Source: Microcoleaceae cyanobacterium
Lineage (GTDB): Bacteria > Cyanobacteriota > Cyanobacteriia > Cyanobacteriales > Microcoleaceae
NCBI GenBank assembly: GCA_051652765.1
Contig: JBOFUV010000154.1
Location: 1 to 11,257, forward strand
Reading direction: 5' to 3'
Length of the DNA stretch: 11,257 nt
Within the stretch, counting starts at the first letter, position 1. Each line of letters opens with the position of its first letter. This document shows positions 5,682 through 11,257 of the stretch, in pieces. Made by a program: the position numbers and the translations under genes. The notes under the pieces were generated by a model. That model was not told where the DNA came from and searched no databases. It saw nothing but the letters and a program-made list of their open reading frames with translations.

Positions 5682-8600
5682 ATGAAGGATCGGTTCATTC
5701 GAAGAGTAAGGGTCACTACAGATCGTTGGTATCGACTAATTGCAATCGTTGCCGCAGGATTCAGTATCTGCTTGGGGTTAGTTGTGATCGGGGCGTGGCA
5801 CACTCGCACCGTCCAACTAATCCAGCTTATTCCAGATTCTCCCCCCGTCCGTTACAATACAGCGCTGATGTTTCTGTGGAGTGGCTTGGCATTGCTGGCT
5901 TTCCTAAAACATCAACCCCGTCTGACCGTCATATTGGGTGGATTGGTAATGTTGATTGGGGGGTTGACCTTAGCTGAGTATGGATTCAGGGTTGACCTTG
6001 GCATCGATCAACTGCTCATGTCAGACTACATCACGAATAGTTTATATGCGCCGGATCGCCCTTTCCCTCACCTCATAACGGAGCCAATCCAACAATTTTT
6101 CGTTACCGTTGAGCGCCCTTTTCCCGGTCGCGCTTCTCCCAATGCTGCTTTAGGATTTACCTTTATTGGAACTGCGCTGTTCTGCCTAGGTAGCATTGGC
6201 AGCAGACAACGAATTTCCCTACGACGGTCTGCTGGGGAGAACTGGGCCGCCGCGATCGCTGCTACCCTCGCCGCAGGATCGATCGGAATTGGTTTAATTG
6301 CTTTGCTGGGCTATCTCGCCCGGTTGGGTACAGCTCATACATGGCGATATTTGACTGGGGTTGCACCTCCAACTGCGCTCAATTTATTGATCCTGGGGAT
6401 TGCGCTTTTAATTCTGCCTCTCAGGATCGAGTCCGTTGATCGTTTACCCCGATGGTTTCCCTTCAGTGCTGGGTTTGGGGTATTGATGGCCACCCTGTTA
6501 CTCTGGCAAGCGCTGCTCAGTTGGAGCTATAGCCTGATCAGTCAATTGCCCAGTCTGGTAACGACAGAAGTTCAAACCCTGCTGATTCCAGCGGCCAATA
6601 TTGTGCTGCTTGGGGGTTTGTTGTCAGCGTTACTGGTGATGGCTGTGCTGTATTTCAATCAGCAGATTCATGAACAGGCGACCCTGTTGTTAGAGCTTAA
6701 TCGTGACCTTGAACAGTCTAACTCCCTATTTGAGGCGACCCTAGAAGCCACTGCTGATGGCATTTTAGTCTTGGATGCTGAGGGCAAGAGAGACCATTTC
6801 AATCAGCAGTTTGTCAACATGTGGCGATTGCAAGACTCGGTTTTGCAGAGGCTGCCCCTGGAGAATGCTCCAAAAATGCCACCCTGGATTTTGGAGCAAT
6901 TACAAGACCCCGCTGCATTCCTGGCGGCGACCCAGCGGATGATCGCCCAACTGGAACTGGAGACCTTTGATGTGTTTGAACTGAAGGATGGTCGGATTTT
7001 TGAGCGCTATTCTCGGCCTCAATGGCTAGGCGATCGCCCCGTAGGCAAAGTCCTCAGCTATCGTGATGTAACTGAGCGCAGGCAGGCGGAGAATGCCCTG
7101 CGAAAAAGTGAGGAACGCTTCCATTCCTTTATGAATAACAGTTCAACTGTTGCGTTCATGAAAGATGAACAGGGGCGCTATGTCTATGTCAACCGCACCC
7201 TTGAGCGTATCTTTAAGATCACCTTGGATTTTTTAGAGGGTAAGACAGATTTTGACTGGCTCCCAGCCGAGATCGCAACTGAAGTTCGGGCGCGTGATGC
7301 CGCTGTATTGGCCACTAACCAAAGCTCCGACTATCTAGAAACTGTTCCGACATCCGATGGCACTGTTTATCACTGGTTGACGTTCAAGTTTCCCTTTGAG
7401 GACGGGGATGGACATCGGTATGTGGGCGGCGTGGCCGTTGATGTAACTGAACGCAGGCGGATGGAGGAAGCCTTATTCCATGAAAAAGAACTGGCTCAAG
7501 TCACTTTACATTCCATTGGAGATGCCGTAATTACCACCGATGTCCGGGGCAACATTGAATATTTAAATCCCGTTGCCGAATCACTCACGGGCTGGAGCCA
7601 ACTGGATGCTCAAGGTCTCCCTCTCACCCAAGTCTTCAGAATCATCAACGAGGATACTCGGGCTGTTGTAGAAAATCCGGTAGAGCAAGCCCTGCGAGAC
7701 GGTCATGTTGTAGGGCTAGCGAACCATACCGTTCTGATCTCGCGGGATGAGCGGGAAATTGCCATTGATGACTCGGCGGCTCCGATTCGCGATCGCAACG
7801 GTCAGGTTGTGGGAGCTGTTCTGGTTTTTCATGACGTGACTCAGACCCGCACCTTATCTCGTCAACTCTCCTGGCAAGCGATTCATGATCCGCTGACGGG
7901 ATTGATCAATCGCCGAGAATTTGAGCAGCGTTTAGAGCAAGCCATTAGTAATGCCAGAATCCACAATCAGTTCCATGGGTTGTGCTATCTGGATTTAGAT
8001 CAGTTCAAGATTGTCAACGATACCTGTGGTCATGGCGCAGGAGATGAACTATTGTGTCAGGTGGCAATCCTGCTAGAAGGGCAGATTCGCACAACCGATG
8101 TCTTGGCACGGCTGGGGGGAGACGAGTTTGGGTTACTCCTGCATCAATGTTCTCTTAAACAAGTGGTAAGAATTGCCGATGCTCTCCGGGAAAAGATCCA
8201 AGCTTTTCGATTTGTCTGGCAAGATAAAACGTTTGCGATTGGAGTCAGTATTGGAGTGGTAGAAATCAAGCCGCAGCGACAAAATTTAACTGACCTCTTA
8301 TCTGCTGCCGATTCAGCCTGTTACGCGGCCAAGAATAAGGGACGTAATTGTGTGCATGTTTTTCGGGCTGATGATCAGCAGGTCTTGCAACAGCAGCGGG
8401 ACTGGGCACAACAAATTACAACGGCGTTGGAGGAAAATCGGTTCCGTCTGTATTTCCAAGTGATTGAAGCGATCGCTGCTCCCGAGTCGCAAGAGCAGCT
8501 CTGTGAAGTTCTGCTGCGTCTCCAAGATGAAACTGGAAGTTTGGTGTTGCCGATGGCGTTTATTCCGGCAGCAGAGCGCTACAATCTAATGCACAAAGTG

Positions 8601-9272
8601 GATCGGTGGGTGATTCATACCCTCTTCCGTCACTGGGCGTTACTCCAGAACCCGGAGCAAAGTACGCCCCAGAAAAACCCCTGGATCTATGCGATCAATC
8701 TTTCGGGTTCCAGCATCAATGATGATCAGTTTATTGATTTTCTCCAAGAGCAATTCGCCCAATACTCCGTTTCCCCTCACCTGATTTGCTTTGAAATTAC
8801 TGAGACAGTAGCGATCGCCAACCTAACCAAAGCTGGACAGTTGATTCGCAAGCTACAGGAGCTTGGCTGCCGCTTGACCCTAGATGATTTTGGCAGTGGG
8901 ATGGCTTTTAACTACCTGAAAACTCTTCCCGTAGATTATCTGAAGATTGATAGCGGATTTGTGAGAAATATTGTGGATGATCCCGTTGATCGCGCAATGG
9001 TGGAAGCGATTGCACGCATTGGACATCTGATGGGCCTGAAGACCATTGCTAAGTTCGTTGAAAATGGCGCTATCTTGGAGCAGATCAAAACCCTGAGCGT
9101 AGATTATGCTCAAGGTCATGGCATCGGCAGACCCTACCCTGCCCCCATCCCAACTAACACGGTGGATCCCAATGCCGTTGATCTGCTGGGCGTTGCTGAA
9201 CTGAGGGATGAATCTGTCAAACCACAAAATCTTGCATCGCCCCCTAAATCCCCCAACCTTGGGGAACTTTGA
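5682..9272 (+). CDS. Membrane-anchored PAS-PAS-PAS-GGDEF-EAL protein (diguanylate cyclase; EAL probably degenerate)
   Basis: About 330-aa multi-TM N-terminus; three PAS-like starts (ATLEATADGILVLD, FMNNSSTVAFMKD, TLHSIGDAVITTD); HDPLTGLINRR, DLDQFKIVNDTCGHGAGD, RTTD and RLGGDEF (GGDEF at 8115-8129); EAL region with EVLLRL, INLS, FEITE, DDFGSG and LKID. Confidence 0.95.
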   Translation: MKDRFIRRVRVTTDRWYRLIAIVAAGFSICLGLVVIGAWHTRTVQLIQLIPDSPPVRYNTALMFLWSGLALLAFLKHQPRLTVILGGLVMLIGGLTLAEYGFRVDLGIDQLLMSDYITNSLYAPDRPFPHLITEPIQQFFVTVERPFPGRASPNAALGFTFIGTALFCLGSIGSRQRISLRRSAGENWAAAIAATLAAGSIGIGLIALLGYLARLGTAHTWRYLTGVAPPTALNLLILGIALLILPLRIESVDRLPRWFPFSAGFGVLMATLLLWQALLSWSYSLISQLPSLVTTEVQTLLIPAANIVLLGGLLSALLVMAVLYFNQQIHEQATLLLELNRDLEQSNSLFEATLEATADGILVLDAEGKRDHFNQQFVNMWRLQDSVLQRLPLENAPKMPPWILEQLQDPAAFLAATQRMIAQLELETFDVFELKDGRIFERYSRPQWLGDRPVGKVLSYRDVTERRQAENALRKSEERFHSFMNNSSTVAFMKDEQGRYVYVNRTLERIFKITLDFLEGKTDFDWLPAEIATEVRARDAAVLATNQSSDYLETVPTSDGTVYHWLTFKFPFEDGDGHRYVGGVAVDVTERRRMEEALFHEKELAQVTLHSIGDAVITTDVRGNIEYLNPVAESLTGWSQLDAQGLPLTQVFRIINEDTRAVVENPVEQALRDGHVVGLANHTVLISRDEREIAIDDSAAPIRDRNGQVVGAVLVFHDVTQTRTLSRQLSWQAIHDPLTGLINRREFEQRLEQAISNARIHNQFHGLCYLDLDQFKIVNDTCGHGAGDELLCQVAILLEGQIRTTDVLARLGGDEFGLLLHQCSLKQVVRIADALREKIQAFRFVWQDKTFAIGVSIGVVEIKPQRQNLTDLLSAADSACYAAKNKGRNCVHVFRADDQQVLQQQRDWAQQITTALEENRFRLYFQVIEAIAAPESQEQLCEVLLRLQDETGSLVLPMAFIPAAERYNLMHKVDRWVIHTLFRHWALLQNPEQSTPQKNPWIYAINLSGSSINDDQFIDFLQEQFAQYSVSPHLICFEITETVAIANLTKAGQLIRKLQELGCRLTLDDFGSGMAFNYLKTLPVDYLKIDSGFVRNIVDDPVDRAMVEAIARIGHLMGLKTIAKFVENGAILEQIKTLSVDYAQGHGIGRPYPAPIPTNTVDPNAVDLLGVAELRDESVKPQNLASPPKSPNLGEL

Positions 9273-9310
9273 GAGATCCGGCTCCCCCAGAATTGGGGGC
9301 CGGGGGGCGA
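9237..9310. repeat. Nested-palindrome GC-rich element resembling cyanobacterial dispersed REP-like repeats
   Basis: Outer inverted repeat tcgccccc (9237-9244) / gggggcga (9303-9310) encloses two hairpins: ccccaa-cc-ttgggg (9251-9264) and ccccca-gaat-tggggg (9284-9299). The CCCCCTAAATCCCCC...GGGGG layout is one I recognise from cyanobacterial intergenic repeats. Confidence 0.75.
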
Positions 9311-9439
9311 ATTCATCCTAAAATTCAGTAACCCCGCTTTATATTCTGTGGCTTGAGATTGAAACTATGTATTTGAACCGAGTAATACCCTCGATTCGCT
9401 AATGTTTAGTATGAACCCAGCAATTCCGGTAAGCCAGGT

Positions 9440-11257
9440 TTAAGTAGGGATAAAGTGACTGGCAAACCGATGTTTCAGGGCAAGAAAAACCGGGCAGGGT
9501 TTTTGATCTTGGAGGTTCTCCGGTTTGGGCCAGAAATAAGGCGCTTGACGGGCCGCAGACATCCATAACAACTTTTTGGCCCGAGTCATGGCCACATAGA
9601 GTAACCGATATTCCTCTGCAGTTTTCAAATAGCCCGCCTGTTCCCAAGCTTGTGTTGCAGTAGGCACGGAATTTTGCGAAGAGTTCTGCGAAGAGTTCTG
9701 CGAAGAATTCTGTGGGTGAACGTGTTGTTGGTGAAGAAAGGCTCGAATCTGAGCGCGGGCAACTTCTGACAGGGTGAACTCTCCCAGGAATCGACTCTGG
9801 GGAGAAACCCGCAAACTGCCTGGAATCGTGGCCTCATGGAGAAAGGGCAAAAACACATAATCCCAATCTAGCCCTTTGGCTTTATGCATGGTGATAATCG
9901 TCAACTGCCCCGAGCGGGTAAAGGGACTTTCCTCTGGCTTGTCCTCATCCACTTCGACAGGATCAAACCGCTCCGAACTGACAATCTCACTCAGGGCATT
10001 CACAATCGCGGCCAGGGTATTGTCTCCAGCAGTTTGTCGGGCAATCCGTTCGGCGAGCTTATCCGCAGTAGCGAGCTCACTTTGCTCATACTTGAGGGCC
10101 AGAGCCAAGAACGAAATCAATTGAAACGGCGGTAGCTCTAACCGGGCTTTCAACAGGTTACAACAGAAATACCGACAGGAACGCACCTTTTCCGGCTGAG
10201 GCGGATCAAGAGGGCCGGGATAAAGTAACTGTTCTGGCTGGGTGACTAGGGCATTGAAATCTTGAGCCGGAATCAAGGCGCGATCGCCCAACACTTTCAG
10301 AGCCGCCTTGAGATGATCGGGTGAGTGGGGCCGATCGATAAACTGCAATAGGGAAAGCAGTTCCGTTGGGATTTTTGAGTGACGGGCGCTCTGGAAGGTA
10401 TCGTAAAGCTTCAAGCCTGCTGCTTTAAGGTTGAGGTTCAGATCATAAGCCCCAGGGTTTCTCAGCAGATTAGAAATGAACTCTCCCTGTTTGTTCTCCC
10501 GCACCAGAATCGCAAACGTCCCCGTCGGATTGGTTTGCAGCAGAGTCAGGATGCGTTGAGCCATGAACTCAACGGTTTGGGTGACATCCCGAGGTTGGTA
10601 GAGTTCTAGGCCACGACCTTCAGCCGGGGGATTGACCTGATTCTGGGGATCATCGGTTCTAACCGGATGAATGGTTTGGGCTTGAAAGGGGTCTTCAGTG
10701 CCAGGGGGCTTGGCCTGATTCACCCACTGCACCATAAAGTTCGCCGCATCCAGAATTATCAGAGCACTGCGCCCCGCCTGATCCATGGTGGCTAACCGTC
10801 CCAGATGTTGGCAGTCCTGACAAAATTGCCGAAAATAAATCGGGTCAGCCGGAGTGAAGGTGGAGTTAATCGCCTGATTTGGATCGCCAACCCGAACTAA
10901 GTTCAGACTGGAATCTGGGGCAGGAGTTGCGAGAATTTCGAGTAATTGGCTCTGGAGCGGCGTTGAATCCTGGGCTTCGTCCTCAAACACCGCAAAAATT
11001 TGACTTTGCCAGTATTGACGTACCGATTCATGGTTCAACACTCGCAGGGCAGCGAGAATCATTTCGTCATAGTCAATTAAGCTGCGTTCCTGCAAAATTC
11101 GTTGATAGTTTTCGTAGAGTCCAGCCGCAATTTCCAAGGTTTCATAGGGATCGGACACCTGTTCAGCCATAGTTCGCAGATCTTGAGGTGTGAGTCCTGA
11201 ACTTTTAGCTTCCTGAATCACTTTCCAGGACAAATCCGGTAAGACTTCTGTTCTGAG
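9440..11257 (-). CDS. UvrD/Rep (SF1) ATP-dependent helicase, 5'-truncated
   Basis: The frame stays open to the window edge (LRTEVLPDLSWK...). Motifs present: IDYDEMI, motif II FEDEAQDS, III RVGDPNQAI, AILVREN, V TMHKAKGLDWD and VI EEYRLLYVAMTRAKK. Walker A lies outside the window. Confidence 0.93.
   Translation of the reverse strand, partial: LRTEVLPDLSWKVIQEAKSSGLTPQDLRTMAEQVSDPYETLEIAAGLYENYQRILQERSLIDYDEMILAALRVLNHESVRQYWQSQIFAVFEDEAQDSTPLQSQLLEILATPAPDSSLNLVRVGDPNQAINSTFTPADPIYFRQFCQDCQHLGRLATMDQAGRSALIILDAANFMVQWVNQAKPPGTEDPFQAQTIHPVRTDDPQNQVNPPAEGRGLELYQPRDVTQTVEFMAQRILTLLQTNPTGTFAILVRENKQGEFISNLLRNPGAYDLNLNLKAAGLKLYDTFQSARHSKIPTELLSLLQFIDRPHSPDHLKAALKVLGDRALIPAQDFNALVTQPEQLLYPGPLDPPQPEKVRSCRYFCCNLLKARLELPPFQLISFLALALKYEQSELATADKLAERIARQTAGDNTLAAIVNALSEIVSSERFDPVEVDEDKPEESPFTRSGQLTIITMHKAKGLDWDYVFLPFLHEATIPGSLRVSPQSRFLGEFTLSEVARAQIRAFLHQQHVHPQNSSQNSSQNSSQNSVPTATQAWEQAGYLKTAEEYRLLYVAMTRAKKLLWMSAARQAPYFWPKPENLQDQKPCPVFLALKHRFASHFIPT
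9669..9712. repeat. In-frame 12-bp tandem repeat in the helicase gene (QNSS repeats)
   Basis: gaattttgcgaa / gagttctgcgaa / gagttctgcgaa / gaattctg encodes QNSSQNSSQNSSQNS on the minus strand. Confidence 0.92.

Larger units (their letters stand above)
120..10287. repeat. HIP1 octamers (GCGATCGC), dispersed
   Basis: Found by eye at 120, 952, 1702, 2866, 5330, 6252, 7030, 7789, 8469, 8811 and 10280, about 1 per kb, as expected for native cyanobacterial DNA. Confidence 0.92.

Noticed and set aside
8313..11172. Short ORFs overlapping the GGDEF/EAL and helicase genes
   Set aside because: They are shadow frames with no independent coding evidence.
9440..11257. Helicase as part of an anti-phage system (e.g. 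Gabija GajB)
   Set aside because: No partner nuclease or ATPase is visible, it contains a HIP1 site, and it resembles the ordinary cyanobacterial UvrD-like family. The upstream context is outside the window.

Overview
Cyanobacterial chromosomal window: it carries psbN/psbH and 11 HIP1 GCGATCGC octamers. Gene content is mostly housekeeping. In order: the 3' end of a lipid-A-disaccharide-synthase-related (TIGR03492-like) gene; a minus-strand run of aroC, an MBL-fold hydrolase and a DUF3747 secreted protein; divergent psbN (missing from the ORF track) and psbH; a spermidine-synthase-family aminopropyltransferase; a 1196-aa membrane-PAS3-GGDEF-EAL protein; and the 3' part of a UvrD/Rep-family helicase. 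I see no CRISPR array, transposase, phage gene, tRNA/rRNA or defence system, and I cannot support a clearly new multi-gene system. The best leads are: (1) the c-di-GMP enzyme has an intact GGDEF and I-site but an apparently degenerate EAL, an architecture like E. coli DgcE; (2) its upstream region holds both an NtcA-like promoter and a possible three-way-junction RNA; (3) the 'SpeE' looks like the ACL5/Thermus-type aminopropyltransferases and has a 16-bp repeat array upstream; (4) a nested-palindrome repeat supplies the C-terminus and stop codon of the c-di-GMP gene. All family calls come from reading motifs by eye, not from database searches.
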